Virus record (IMG/VR): IMGVR_UViG_3300031707_000026
Coordinates: 1-53,650 of that record
From: a virus
Lineage: Duplodnaviria > Caudoviricetes
Length of the DNA: 53,650 nt
Strand: one strand, 5' to 3'
Shown here: positions 1-9,839 of the stretch, in pieces
Numbering within the stretch: position 1 is the first letter of the stretch
How the letters are laid out: each line of letters begins with the position of its first letter
Translations under genes and position numbers: made by a program
The notes under the pieces: model-generated
Told to the model about the DNA's origin: nothing
Seen by the model: the letters and a program-made list of their open reading frames with translations, nothing else
Database searches by the model: none

Positions 1-133
1 TGCTATAGCACATGGTATTATTCATCTTGCGGACGGGCAATATTCTAAGATTTTCTGTCACATCCAAATAACCGCTGGGGATGTAATTGGGTGTGCAGGC
101 CCTCTTATTCCAGAAGGCCCAGGATACGGAGCA
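1..133. repeat. Terminal direct repeat, copy 1 (probable circular-assembly overlap)
   Basis: Identical to 53518-53650 except C127 vs T53644 (synonymous TAC/TAT in the ORF that crosses the junction). Confidence 0.95.
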
Positions 134-379
134 AGCATTTGTCAGTGGGATTATTTCTATGCTGTCTCTTTTTCCGGCATCGTAGCGGGAGATCCTGATC
201 CTGTTCATAGTTGGGGTAGTTCGTGGCATGGTGGCGTAGCCCAAACTGCACTGCCAAACCCTTCTGTTCGAGGAGGTATTACTGTACATCAAGAAGGGGC
301 ACTACAGCTCATTGCGGGAACGGCTCAACCGTTCTCCGCAGGTCTTGGCCCTGTTAATATATATAACATTTGTGTCTAG
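1..379 (+). CDS. C-terminal end of the large minor tail protein starting at 50741 (wraps the circular junction)
   Basis: Frame 2 is open from base 2 (AIAHGIIHLADG...) to TAG 377-379, in frame with ATG 50741 through the overlap. Confidence 0.85.
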   Translation, partial: AIAHGIIHLADGQYSKIFCHIQITAGDVIGCAGPLIPEGPGYGASICQWDYFYAVSFSGIVAGDPDPVHSWGSSWHGGVAQTALPNPSVRGGITVHQEGALQLIAGTAQPFSAGLGPVNIYNICV

Positions 380-386
380 AACAGCT

Positions 387-2315
387 ATGAAGATAAAAGA
401 TGCTGTAACCAAGCGATTAGAGATTTACCAACAGAAGCCCAACGTTTTGTTTGGCGTTATTGGTAATCTCTCGACGGGTATCATAGAAGTACCAGGTAAG
501 ACGTCGATAATCTATGTAACACTTAAGACTGGGGTAGTCCTTGATAATGTTCTAAATGTTCGTGTTCCCAATCTATCAGGGCTAGAAGTCAAAATTGGTT
601 ATGATCCGGCTAGTAGCTATCCAGGTACCTTACAAGTTTTGGGAGTGCGAGATTCGTTCTATGGTGTTCCTGGTGTTGGTGTTGGTGTTGGTACTGGGGT
701 TGGTCCTGTCTGGCACCACAAACAACATGAGTGGCCGAGTGGAGATACTGTCTATGTTCGAGGCGAACAGTTCCTACCTTCGATGTATTACCCTGTTGTT
801 AGTACATTGACTGTAGATATCTACCCAAATGCTTACCGCACGACCACTGGTTGGAAGGTGTACTCTCAGATAACTAATGTCAGTCTAGCAGACAGTGTCA
901 CACCCATTACTACGGGTTATGCTAGGTTTGCTGTTATCGTTGTTGATGTAGATGGGGTCTTTGCAGTTCGAGATGGCGATCTTGTAGCGGAACAGGCGGA
1001 CCCATTCATCTCAGCATACATGATGCTAACAGAAACTGACATCCCAGAGTTGGAAGACGGAGACAGAGCTATCTGTGCGGCCAAGCTATACTATGGCCAA
1101 ACAGCACTACGCTGTACCGGCAACGTCAATGACTTCGTAGACTTACGATTTGTTTCTACAGGTAGTGGAGGTGGTGCTGGCGGGCACATCATCCAAGATG
1201 AAGGGACCCCATTAGCAGCACAACCAAACCTTAATTTCAAAGGTACTGGTGTCTTAGCCGAAAACGATCCAGCTAATACTGCCACGACAGTTACGATAGA
1301 AGGGGCACCAATAGCAACGCGTGCAGCTGTTTTTACCTTTGAAGGTAGGTTAACTGCTGTTAGTGGTACGATCCGGATATACAACAAACTAGGTGTAACG
1401 GCAACCATCTCTCAGGTTTATCTTACAGCTACTGTCGCGCCGACTGGGGCTGCGATTATTGTAGATGTTCATAAGAACGGAACAACTATCTTCACGAACC
1501 AGGCACATCGACCACAGATTGCCGATGGTGCACACACTGGTTTTTCAGTAACTGTGGACGATACTTCTTGGGCTGATGGCGACTACTTATCAGCTGATAT
1601 GGACCAAGTTGGAAGTACCTACGCAGGTGAAGACTTAACCGTTCACGTTATTGCTACATTTAACTCTCCTATGGGGGAGGTGGGGGATATGCTTAAGTCC
1701 ATCTATGACACTGATGATGATGGCATTGTAGATGACGCAGCCGCAATCGCTGGGACGACTGTTGATGCAGATATTACTCCAGGTGATGCACAAGTCTTAA
1801 CGTGGGTTGACGTAAACGACCAGTGGGAGGCAAAAGATCTCCCCGAAGCAGGTATAGAAGAAGCGCCTATAGATAGCACGCCCTACTCGAGACAAGATGC
1901 AGGCTGGGTGAGTTCACCTAGTGCAGGCGGCGATGTTTATGGTGATGCTGGTGCAACCGATGAACATCTAGCAGTATTCGATACAGATGGTTATCATATC
2001 AAGGATGGTGGTACAGTTCCTGCAGGCGGTGGCGATGTAGTAGGTCCAGCAGATGCTGTTGATGGGAACATGGCTGTTTTTGATACGACGACTGGGAAAC
2101 TTATAAGAGATGGTGGTGCGCCGGGTGCAGGCGGGGGTCACGTTATTCAAGATGAGGGAACGCCGCTTGCTGCCGAACCAAATCTTGACTTTGCAGGGGT
2201 GGGAGTTACTGTTACTGATGTTCCAGGTAGTTCAAAAACTCTCGTGACAATTCCTGGTGGTGGTGGCGTAGCTGCTCCCGCACTGGCTGTATACTTATAT
2301 TCTAATTTCACTTAG
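387..2315 (+). CDS. Tail fibre / minor tail protein with internal repeats
   Basis: ATG 387 follows the upstream stop at 379 (the 312 start in the track overlaps that gene); Gly/Ala/Asp-rich; duplicated GGHxIQDEGTPLAAxPNLxF and GGDVxGxAxAxDxxxAVFDT segments; distal tail position. Confidence 0.7.
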   Translation: MKIKDAVTKRLEIYQQKPNVLFGVIGNLSTGIIEVPGKTSIIYVTLKTGVVLDNVLNVRVPNLSGLEVKIGYDPASSYPGTLQVLGVRDSFYGVPGVGVGVGTGVGPVWHHKQHEWPSGDTVYVRGEQFLPSMYYPVVSTLTVDIYPNAYRTTTGWKVYSQITNVSLADSVTPITTGYARFAVIVVDVDGVFAVRDGDLVAEQADPFISAYMMLTETDIPELEDGDRAICAAKLYYGQTALRCTGNVNDFVDLRFVSTGSGGGAGGHIIQDEGTPLAAQPNLNFKGTGVLAENDPANTATTVTIEGAPIATRAAVFTFEGRLTAVSGTIRIYNKLGVTATISQVYLTATVAPTGAAIIVDVHKNGTTIFTNQAHRPQIADGAHTGFSVTVDDTSWADGDYLSADMDQVGSTYAGEDLTVHVIATFNSPMGEVGDMLKSIYDTDDDGIVDDAAAIAGTTVDADITPGDAQVLTWVDVNDQWEAKDLPEAGIEEAPIDSTPYSRQDAGWVSSPSAGGDVYGDAGATDEHLAVFDTDGYHIKDGGTVPAGGGDVVGPADAVDGNMAVFDTTTGKLIRDGGAPGAGGGHVIQDEGTPLAAEPNLDFAGVGVTVTDVPGSSKTLVTIPGGGGVAAPALAVYLYSNFT

Positions 2316-2324
2316 GAGTATGAA

Positions 2325-2720
2325 ATGACTGCAAACATAAGCCCTGTATTTGAACTCACTCCTGTAGACGCGGGTGTTACAATTGTTAACGCCGACAGCA
2401 CTAACTTAAAAACTATCTACACCGCAGGAGCCAACGGAGGACGCATTGACGGGATCCTTGTTTGCTCTAATGATACTGCTGCCGTGAATCTGGCGTTCTA
2501 CATTAACGATGGAGTGAATGATCTCTATATTGGGAACGTGAATATTCCCATTGGTAGTGGGTATACAACTGTTGTAAAGGTGGATGCCCTCGCTACGTTG
2601 AAACCAGCATATCAATCCTTCATTCAATTGCACGCCACCTACATTCTGAAATGCAATGCAGTCGCAGCAGTTACTGCCGCCAAGACCGTGACGGTAGTCG
2701 CGATAGGCGGGGACTTCTAA
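2325..2720 (+). CDS. Small virion/tail-associated beta-rich protein
   Basis: AGGAG RBS, 131 aa, tail module context. Confidence 0.55.
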   Translation: MTANISPVFELTPVDAGVTIVNADSTNLKTIYTAGANGGRIDGILVCSNDTAAVNLAFYINDGVNDLYIGNVNIPIGSGYTTVVKVDALATLKPAYQSFIQLHATYILKCNAVAAVTAAKTVTVVAIGGDF

Positions 2721-2721
2721 A

Positions 2722-3681
2722 ATGCCAGCATCGCAGGGCTTTTATGGCATCCCTCATTCCGAAACATTGGGACTCTGGTGGTTTCGCAAGCAAATAACTA
2801 TCGCTCCCACTAGCGATGGGGCTCTAACAAACTATGTGATGAGGCTATATATCAATCGCTCTGTTGGTGTAGATTCTGGAAACAATGTTTATGTAGGTAC
2901 AAAATGTCTCGCTAACTATAACGATATTCGCTTCACGACCTCAGATGGCAAAACCCCTCTCTGTTATTGGATAGAGACCTACAGTGACAGTCAGGCCATG
3001 GTTTGGGTTCGATTTGATTCTGTAAAAGCCTCCCCAGACAATACAATTTTCTACTTGTACTATGGGAATGTCAATGCCGCTGCCTATAGTAGTGGTGTCA
3101 AGACCTTTCTCGTGTTCGATGACTTCAACGGTCCAGCGTTGAATACAACCCTCTGGACTCAACGAGGTGGCGTTGCTACCTTCTCGGGCAGTACCCTTAT
3201 CTTAACAGGCAACAACACCACCGAATCGAAGTTGATGGCAAACCTTGGGGGCGCAAAAAACTTTGTTTTGAGAACAAGAGGAAAGATAAATGCACTTTAT
3301 CGGTTGGGAGTTGCTGTAGAGACAGATATTACTAATGGTAGAGGGTATTGTTACTTAATAAGGGACACTGAATTAAAATTCTACTTCTTAGATGATATGG
3401 TAGCCTGGGGAAGTACTTACGATGCAGCAGCAGTAGATACCTATTATCTTATGGAGATTTGGCATGATGGCACAAACATAAAAGCCACCATAAATGATGG
3501 AACAGTTCGTAGTTGGGCACGAACAGGTAGGAATGGGACTCTCGCTCTTTCTTCATCCCCGAACACAAGTGTCGCTACATTTGACTGGGCCTTTATTCGG
3601 TACTTGTCCCCAACTGAGCCAACTTGGAGCGCTTGGGGGAATGAGGATGCCTCGACTGCTGACTATCAGGAGACAACATGA
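2722..3681 (+). CDS. DUF2341-like domain plus lectin-like domain tail protein
   Basis: W-FRKQITI...DIRFT.SDG.T.L.YWIE...VWV...YLYYGN..A...FDDF pattern typical of DUF2341. Confidence 0.7.
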   Translation: MPASQGFYGIPHSETLGLWWFRKQITIAPTSDGALTNYVMRLYINRSVGVDSGNNVYVGTKCLANYNDIRFTTSDGKTPLCYWIETYSDSQAMVWVRFDSVKASPDNTIFYLYYGNVNAAAYSSGVKTFLVFDDFNGPALNTTLWTQRGGVATFSGSTLILTGNNTTESKLMANLGGAKNFVLRTRGKINALYRLGVAVETDITNGRGYCYLIRDTELKFYFLDDMVAWGSTYDAAAVDTYYLMEIWHDGTNIKATINDGTVRSWARTGRNGTLALSSSPNTSVATFDWAFIRYLSPTEPTWSAWGNEDASTADYQETT

Positions 3682-4703
3682 CTCGATTATTTACAGACGG
3701 TGCAGAAAGTGGCGATAAATTACGCACTAATGCCTCTTCTTCTAATATGTCTGCCACGACCTCACAAAAACGAACCGGCAATTATAGTTATTATCTCCCT
3801 AGTGGCACTCTTAACAGTTCTTATTACGGCGTGGATTTGGGAGTTAATTATACAGAATTCTATGCTCGGATTGCATATAGAATCGAAGGATTTACGGCAG
3901 GCGGCCATCTTTTTAATTGGAGGAATAGTGCCGGCACAACTATTGGATCTTTGCAAGTTAAATCTTTCGCCCCATTGGTAATTGCAATGTATGATAGTAC
4001 TACCGAACGGGTAGCCTCTGCAAATCTTAATGTATTGGTCAATGAATGGCATGTTTATGAAGTTTGGGTAAAAATTAACGGTGCCGGAGTAGGCAGATTT
4101 CGAGTAAAACTCGACGGATCATTAGTGTGTGACTTTACAGGGGTAACAAATACGGCTGGCGCGAATGTTTCTAAATTCTATTCTTTCGTCGTTGGTGTTT
4201 CAGCTGATGCCTTTATAGACGATATAGCTATTAATGATACCGTCGGTGCAATTGACAATTCTTGGTGTGGTGACGGCGGTGTGTTGGCGGCCCTAGTTCC
4301 GATTACTGGCGCTGCTGAATATGCTGACTTGATCGCTAGTGCTGGAGATGCCTGGGACTGCGTGAATGAGATTCCGGCCAATAGCACCGACTATGTTTAT
4401 GAATCTACTGTGGACAAGAAATCTACTTATCTCCTGTCCGACTTAGCCGGATTGCCAAGTGGTGCATCCATTGCACGAGTATGGGTAGAGGTAGATGCTC
4501 TGGAAACGGCAGCAGATGGAGATAAAATCGCCACACTCCTGCGTAGCGCCACAACAGATGCACAGGGCGCCGATCAAATTCTGACACTTGCCTATGCGCG
4601 CTATTTATCTGCCGAATATCTTGTAGATCCTGCAGGGGGCGAGGATCCTACTTGGACAGAAGCAAAAGTAAATGCCCTGCAAGCGGGAGCGGTTGTGAGA
4701 TAA
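3678..4703 (+). CDS. Putative receptor-binding / ConA-LamG-like tail protein
   Basis: FTDGAE start, WHVYEVWVK, VKLDG and FIDDIAIND beta-sandwich pattern; tail context. Confidence 0.55.
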   Translation: MTRLFTDGAESGDKLRTNASSSNMSATTSQKRTGNYSYYLPSGTLNSSYYGVDLGVNYTEFYARIAYRIEGFTAGGHLFNWRNSAGTTIGSLQVKSFAPLVIAMYDSTTERVASANLNVLVNEWHVYEVWVKINGAGVGRFRVKLDGSLVCDFTGVTNTAGANVSKFYSFVVGVSADAFIDDIAINDTVGAIDNSWCGDGGVLAALVPITGAAEYADLIASAGDAWDCVNEIPANSTDYVYESTVDKKSTYLLSDLAGLPSGASIARVWVEVDALETAADGDKIATLLRSATTDAQGADQILTLAYARYLSAEYLVDPAGGEDPTWTEAKVNALQAGAVVR

Positions 4704-4704
4704 T

Positions 4705-4911
4705 ATGGCTGATCGCAGAGTTACACAGGTTCTGACCGAAGTCGAATACGCAACCCCTACTAATGTTAGGCGTGTCACTCAAGTACTAGCAGGAGTCGAA
4801 TACGCAACCCCTACTAACTTTCGTAGAATTACTCAAGTGCTGATACAAGTTGAATATCGCGGATCGTGGCCGGTACCAGGTCGAAAAGGTCCCCCGGTGC
4901 AGGTCATCTAA
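4705..4911 (+). CDS. Small protein of three tandem RRVTQVLxxVEY repeats
   Basis: Three 19-aa units visible in translation; tightly packed after the previous gene. Confidence 0.6.
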   Translation: MADRRVTQVLTEVEYATPTNVRRVTQVLAGVEYATPTNFRRITQVLIQVEYRGSWPVPGRKGPPVQVI

Positions 4912-4921
4912 AGGAGACAAC

Positions 4922-5191
4922 ATGACTGAGCGAACAAATAATCGTTTTCGAGCTGGAGAGGTCGCCGCAGAGTTAAGGGCTATTAATTCCCGCTTAGATC
5001 AGATTGTGTCGAACCAAGAGAACATCGCTGGCTGGCAGTTAGATGTCGTCAAGTATATGGCAACATCTAATGAGCGCGTCGATACATTACGTCGAGATCT
5101 GGGACGTTCTGACCGGATAGTTGGAGCGATTGCCGTAATAATTTCAGCGGGGTTTTCAAGCATCGCTGGCTGGTTCGGGAGCCGACAATAA
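4922..5191 (+). CDS. Holin/spanin-like protein (coiled coil plus C-terminal TM)
   Basis: AAGGAG RBS before ATG 4922; C-terminal hydrophobic IVGAIAVIISAGFSSIAGWF; lysis-cassette position. Confidence 0.55.
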   Translation: MTERTNNRFRAGEVAAELRAINSRLDQIVSNQENIAGWQLDVVKYMATSNERVDTLRRDLGRSDRIVGAIAVIISAGFSSIAGWFGSRQ

Positions 5192-5192
5192 T

Positions 5193-5327
5193 ATGACTCG
5201 AGCACATGGTGTAGACTTATCTCATTGGGATGTCTCGTTTGACCCTACGAAAGCTACAGGGCAGACTAGCGGAGAGCCCGTAAGTTTCAGGTCATGGTTT
5301 CTGCGTAACGTGACTTTTGAGCCGTAA
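5193..5327 (+). pseudogene. Truncated GH25-muramidase-like endolysin remnant (44 aa)
   Basis: MTRAHGVDLSHWDVSFDPTKATGQ... matches the GH25 N-terminal G-[IV]-D-[VL]-S-x-W motif; lies between two membrane genes; ends after 44 aa. Confidence 0.6.
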
Positions 5328-5378
5328 CCGGTAACCCCGGCTTTGTCATTCAACAGAGCCGTTTGAAAGGAGCACCAA

Positions 5379-5729
5379 ATGTCAGTGTTAGATATGCTCG
5401 TGAAGCTCACTGTCCAGTTCGTCTCCCTATTGGGAGTCGCCGCTCTCGTGGCGGTCGTTGTGAACCTCCTGAAGGTCTTCGGCGTGATTAAGGAAGGCAC
5501 GTCAGCATACTGGGCCTCAGGCCTCGGCTTGGCAGCATTCATCACTGCCGCGGTTCTGGGTATCTTCAACCCAGACTTGACCCCCGCATTCCTAAACGAG
5601 GCCGCCCTTAAGATTGCTACCGTCCTGACGTTCGTCTTGGGCTTCATTACACAAATCGCCGCTGCTCCGCTATTTCATAAGGCGTTGAGCTCAGGCAGTA
5701 TTCCCCTACTCGGGAAGAAGCTCAGCTGA
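5379..5729 (+). CDS. Putative holin (about 3 TM segments)
   Basis: AAAGGAG RBS; three hydrophobic stretches; basic C-terminus; end of late operon. Confidence 0.65.
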   Translation: MSVLDMLVKLTVQFVSLLGVAALVAVVVNLLKVFGVIKEGTSAYWASGLGLAAFITAAVLGIFNPDLTPAFLNEAALKIATVLTFVLGFITQIAAAPLFHKALSSGSIPLLGKKLS

Positions 5730-5807
5730 TTTGTTGTTGTCGTACAGTTAGTTAGGTCGTCTGACTGACTCTCAGAATAACTCGACTAACCTGTCTTAAG
5801 CAGGAAT

Positions 5808-5864
5808 AGCATAGTTAGTTTGTCCCTTATTACATAAGGGACAAACTAACTAACTATGCTTTTT
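5808..5864. terminator. Long hairpin plus T-tract ending the late operon; arms related to the palindrome at 34301-34350
   Basis: AGCATAGTTAGTTTGTCCCTTAT-TAC-ATAAGGGACAAACTAACTAACTATGCT followed by TTTT. Confidence 0.6.
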
Positions 5865-5907
5865 CTAATCTGATTCTAATGCGTCTCTAATCTTGATATC
5901 TTATTAT
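5865..5907 (+). promoter_or_regulatory. Promoter with three 11-bp-phased CTAAT boxes and a TATTAT -10
   Basis: CTAAT at 5865, 5876, 5887; TATTAT starts 15 nt after the start of the last box; same layout at 11231, 32895(-) and 33424. Confidence 0.6.
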
Positions 5908-5945
5908 TAAGTATCAGACTTTAACACACTCTTTCGGGAGGCAGA

Positions 5946-6227
5946 ATGTCAAGATCAGTCCCAAGCACTACCCTCAAGCTACCAGATCTCCCAATCGACA
6001 TTCCTTGCGTATATGACAATCTCTGGTCTACTGATCTTTCAGGGGCGTCTCCGGGGGGATTCATTATGTGTTCTAACTGTGGCAAGATAGTCTCAGAAGA
6101 GGGAGCTAAGTTCGGGTCGTTTAAGATCTTGACTCCCCCTGAGCCGCACTGTCGCGAGTGCTCGAAGTTAGCTGGTTTCTTTGATCGATCTGCTTGGTCT
6201 CCGCATCAAGCAGAATCTGTGTTCTAA
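5946..6227 (+). CDS. Hypothetical Zn-ribbon protein
   Basis: GGGAGG RBS; CSNC...CREC pairs. Confidence 0.55.
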   Translation: MSRSVPSTTLKLPDLPIDIPCVYDNLWSTDLSGASPGGFIMCSNCGKIVSEEGAKFGSFKILTPPEPHCRECSKLAGFFDRSAWSPHQAESVF

Positions 6228-6238
6228 GGAGGCACATC

Positions 6239-7267
6239 ATGCACGACTTATTTGATGAACGTTTCTTTTCGACTCGTCCTGAGTGGCATGGGTTGGGGGA
6301 GATCTCAGAAATCCCAACGACAGCGACTGAAGCTTGGAGTCGAATGACTCCCTACTCAATTCGAATGGCAGATCTTCTCATATCTCGGCCTGGCAAAAAG
6401 CCCGTCCCTTCAAGGTATCGCGCTATCGCTCGCGAGCCTGTTCCCGATGATCCAATCGAACGCATCTTTGGAGTCATCGGCCCTGATTACATCTTGATTG
6501 AGCCTCAAGAGATCTGCGAAATCTTCGATGCAGCTGTTCAGACGCCTATTCAGACGTTAGGAGCTCTCGGAAAAGGAGAGACGCTGTTCATGTCAGTTCA
6601 TCTCCCTGATCTGAATATCCGAGGTGATCCAGTCGAGAACTACTTGGTCTTGATTTCGCCATACTTCGGGAATGCAGCTCTCAGGACGATGATTACTCCT
6701 GTTCGTCCTGTCTGTAGAAACACTCTTCGTATGGCTTCGTACGCTGCAACTGAAGTCTATCGCGTGACTCACGATCCTTCAGCACAGAAACACTTGTCTG
6801 CGTGGATGTCAGGGATGATGACTCGTGCTAAACAACGTACTGAAACCCTTCAGCAAGCCTTCGAGATGTTCGTATCGTACCAGCCTTCAACGAAGATCGT
6901 CCCGAACATCGTCGAGAGAGTCTACTCGTACCCTGAGGCTCCTGCTGGGGATGACGTCGATGTAGAGCTTGCAGCTCGTCGCATCGCGAACTACGAAGCA
7001 ACTGTCGTGACTCTTGATCGTTCTCGTGAGGCTGTTCAAGAACTCTTCGACGGACGAGGTACTGGCTTAGAAGTCCCAGCATGTCGCGGGACTGGTTGGG
7101 GCTTGTACAACGCAGTTGCTGAATGGGAGAACTGGCGTCACACAACGAATGATCAATCTCGTGGCGAGTCAGTTCTTGTTGGGGCTCGAGGTGCTGTGAT
7201 CGAGAAGGCGTACAAAGTCGTCTACGACTACGCTTCTCGTGCAGCTAAGCGTCAAGGAACTGACTGA
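6239..7267 (+). CDS. DUF932-family protein
   Basis: AAGGAGG RBS before ATG 6239; PEWHGLG, TPVRPVCRNTL and GTGWGLYNAVAEW motifs. Confidence 0.85.
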   Translation: MHDLFDERFFSTRPEWHGLGEISEIPTTATEAWSRMTPYSIRMADLLISRPGKKPVPSRYRAIAREPVPDDPIERIFGVIGPDYILIEPQEICEIFDAAVQTPIQTLGALGKGETLFMSVHLPDLNIRGDPVENYLVLISPYFGNAALRTMITPVRPVCRNTLRMASYAATEVYRVTHDPSAQKHLSAWMSGMMTRAKQRTETLQQAFEMFVSYQPSTKIVPNIVERVYSYPEAPAGDDVDVELAARRIANYEATVVTLDRSREAVQELFDGRGTGLEVPACRGTGWGLYNAVAEWENWRHTTNDQSRGESVLVGARGAVIEKAYKVVYDYASRAAKRQGTD

Positions 7268-7485
7268 TGATAGATATTGTTGTCGAGCGAAAAGCATCAG
7301 TACGAATTCTGACTGGTCAAGTCGTCTACTTCACTTGAATGGGAAACGTTCGTCCAGCTCGCCTGGATGGATCGATGACACCAGTTGGTGTTGCTGCGCA
7401 CGATATAGAGAAGGGTGATCTCATCGAGTATAACCCTCTTGAGAACACGAGAGATATCCTTATCGACTTAAAGGGAGACGATTAA
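7267..7485 (+). pseudogene. 72-codon ORF with one in-frame TGA (7336-7338); resembles the head-decoration paralogs at 40297/40733
   Basis: TGATG overlap with the upstream stop and TAATG overlap with the downstream start; translation ...ILTGQVVYFT*MGNVRPARLDGSMTPVGVAAHDIEKGD... Confidence 0.55.
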
Positions 7486-7886
7486 TGAGCAACACTTCTG
7501 TTCAAGTTATTCAGTTTGGATTCAAGAAGATCAATCTTCGCAGCGAAGGAGAGCAGTTCCTGACTGAAGAGGGTCATGTTCGTTTCTGGTCGTCAGAAGG
7601 GTATGCTCTCAAGTTCCTCAGAAAGACTGGGTATTCTTGGGTTGTGACGAAGCTTGACGGCTCGATCGAATATGTGAATTGTTTGTCCCTAGAAGACGAA
7701 GACAAGTATGGCCCTCATGATTGGGAAAAGAAGAATCTTGTGACACTCGTAGACGGCGCCGGGATGTATGATGTCATACGATGCTCACACTGTAACGAGG
7801 AGAGGAAATGCTACGGGTTGTATCGTCCCTCGGGAGGGACTTGTAAGCAGAACATCCTTGAGAAGGAGCTTGAAGTAGATGGCTGA
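7485..7886 (+). CDS. Hypothetical protein with C-terminal Cys cluster
   Basis: Coupled ORF, GGGAG RBS, CSHC...C...C. Confidence 0.55.
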   Translation: MSNTSVQVIQFGFKKINLRSEGEQFLTEEGHVRFWSSEGYALKFLRKTGYSWVVTKLDGSIEYVNCLSLEDEDKYGPHDWEKKNLVTLVDGAGMYDVIRCSHCNEERKCYGLYRPSGGTCKQNILEKELEVDG

Positions 7887-8259
7887 CATCACTCCAGGCA
7901 CCCCTGTTCAAACCCCTGATGGGGAAGGAATCGTTGACAAGTGTGTTTGGGCTGATCCTTCAATACCCGAGCCTGTATGGCTAGTTCGCTTAGTCAAGTC
8001 TAATGAGTTCCGATCGTTTCGACAAGGTGTCCTGACGGTCTTGTCTTCTCCTACGAAAGTAAAGACAAAGAAGGGAACAGACTCTATCTCATCAGATCTT
8101 ATCGGGAGTCGATGGCGAAATCGAAAGAATCAAAAGATCTGGAAGTACGTTAGTCTTAGTCTTGAAGGCGTTGTTCGATTAGATCTCGAGGGAACCCCCG
8201 GGTATTTTTATAACGTGTTGTCAAGAAATCTCGAGAGTCGATATGAGAGGGTCGCATGA
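7879..8259 (+). CDS. Hypothetical protein
   Basis: AAGGAG RBS; overlaps both neighbours. Confidence 0.55.
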   Translation: MADITPGTPVQTPDGEGIVDKCVWADPSIPEPVWLVRLVKSNEFRSFRQGVLTVLSSPTKVKTKKGTDSISSDLIGSRWRNRKNQKIWKYVSLSLEGVVRLDLEGTPGYFYNVLSRNLESRYERVA

Positions 8260-9839
8260 TAATCGTTCGAGAAGATCTCCAAGGACTCGTCGTTGAGGGT
8301 GTATCAACTTCAGCAGACAAGTCTGTTTTGAAGACCCTAGGAGCAAAGCAGATTGATCTCTCTCGATTTGTTCTTCCAGGAATTCGCGCTAGCTATCATC
8401 GACTAGTTCGTGCTTTTGGTCATCACATCCCTCTACAGCCCCCTCTTTGTTCTGGCGACAAGTTCTTTGATCTTTGTTCTCACTCGAAGTGGGAGGATCT
8501 GTATGATTTTCAACAAGATGCTGTTAGATTTCTCTGTAGGTCACAGCTTCGAGGATCAATGCTCTGTCTCTCTCCAGGATTGGGAAAGACTGCTGTAGCA
8601 ATTGTTGCTGCTCAAGGTCTTCACCTAGAGAAGATCCTTGTCGTTGCCCCTCTGACACTTCTTCGAACATGGAAGAGAGAGATCAAGGCTTGGGGAGGTG
8701 AGGATGCATTTCTTGTTCATGGGATCCCTCTCGACTTAGATCTCGACCATCGATGGGTTGTCACAAACTACGACTCTGTTTCTCGTCATTCTGAAGCGTT
8801 CTATCGAGAACGAGATCTAGTCATCATCGACGAGTCGATTCTAGTCAAGAGTCGAGGAGCAAAGCGTACAAAAGCTTTGAGGTCCGTGACTACTAAAGCC
8901 GAGAAGGTCTGGGCGTTGTCTGGGTCGCCAACTTCGAGATATCTCGACGATCTGTTCTCACAGTTTCAGATTCTTCTACCCAAGGCTTTTACAAGCTACT
9001 GGCGATTCAGCGAAGAATATTGTTACGTCCTACGAGATCAGTGGGGATGGAGTGTCACAGGGTCTCGTCAGAATATCAACATGCAGAAAGAGTTCGAAGA
9101 CATCATGTTCGTTCGAAGCATGAAAGATGTCATCGACCTCCCTGAGGAGCTTCAAGAAACGATCGAGCTTGATCTCCTTCCCGGGCAAAGAGTAGTGTAT
9201 GATCAGATCCTCAGAGAGTTCAAGACTGCTCTTGCTTGTGGGAAGATCTTGGATGTCCCGAATCGAATGGCACAGCTTGTTCGGCTGCAGCAAGTTACTT
9301 CTGGGCTTCGATCTCTTGATCTATCAGCAGATGACATCTCATCCAAGTTCGATGCCATCGAAGAGCTCCTCGAAGTTGGGAGAGCTGAGCCTCCTGTCTT
9401 GATCTGGACACATTGGATCGAGACTGGCAAAGCGCTTATAGAGAGGTTGCAAAGACATTGGAAAGTTGCTCGAATTTCTTCATCAACTTCTACTGAAGAG
9501 AGACAAGCTATTATTGATGCTTTTCAATCTGAGAAGCTTCAAGTACTCATCTTTTCGATTGGGACAGGCAAGTATGGACTGACGTTGACTCGAGCTAACT
9601 CGATCATCTATTGTGACAGATCTTGGGATGCAGACGCTGTCTTTCAAAGCTCGTTTAGAGTTCGTCGCATTGGGTTGAATCACTCTCCAGTAGTGATCTC
9701 GCTGCAATGTCCCGGAACTGTTGATGATCTTGTCACAGAAAATCTAGCTGGAAAGCTCCAAGACATCGCTCGTCTCACGAACACTGATCTACTTAGTCTT
9801 CTCTCAAGAATCGAGATATCTCATGACAATACTCAGTAA
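8256..9839 (+). CDS. SNF2-family (SF2) helicase
   Basis: LYDFQ Q-motif, PGLGKT Walker A, VIIDES Walker B, LSGSP, GKYGLTLT, RVRRIG. Confidence 0.9.
   Translation: MIIVREDLQGLVVEGVSTSADKSVLKTLGAKQIDLSRFVLPGIRASYHRLVRAFGHHIPLQPPLCSGDKFFDLCSHSKWEDLYDFQQDAVRFLCRSQLRGSMLCLSPGLGKTAVAIVAAQGLHLEKILVVAPLTLLRTWKREIKAWGGEDAFLVHGIPLDLDLDHRWVVTNYDSVSRHSEAFYRERDLVIIDESILVKSRGAKRTKALRSVTTKAEKVWALSGSPTSRYLDDLFSQFQILLPKAFTSYWRFSEEYCYVLRDQWGWSVTGSRQNINMQKEFEDIMFVRSMKDVIDLPEELQETIELDLLPGQRVVYDQILREFKTALACGKILDVPNRMAQLVRLQQVTSGLRSLDLSADDISSKFDAIEELLEVGRAEPPVLIWTHWIETGKALIERLQRHWKVARISSSTSTEERQAIIDAFQSEKLQVLIFSIGTGKYGLTLTRANSIIYCDRSWDADAVFQSSFRVRRIGLNHSPVVISLQCPGTVDDLVTENLAGKLQDIARLTNTDLLSLLSRIEISHDNTQ

Noticed and set aside
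1-133. Physical direct terminal repeat of the virion DNA
   Set aside because: It falls inside a tail gene and its length is typical of an assembler overlap; the true ends are more likely near the terS-proximal repeat region
7336-7338. Genome-wide TGA recoding
   Set aside because: TGA is the normal stop of many tightly coupled genes, and no suppressor tRNA with a TCA anticodon is present
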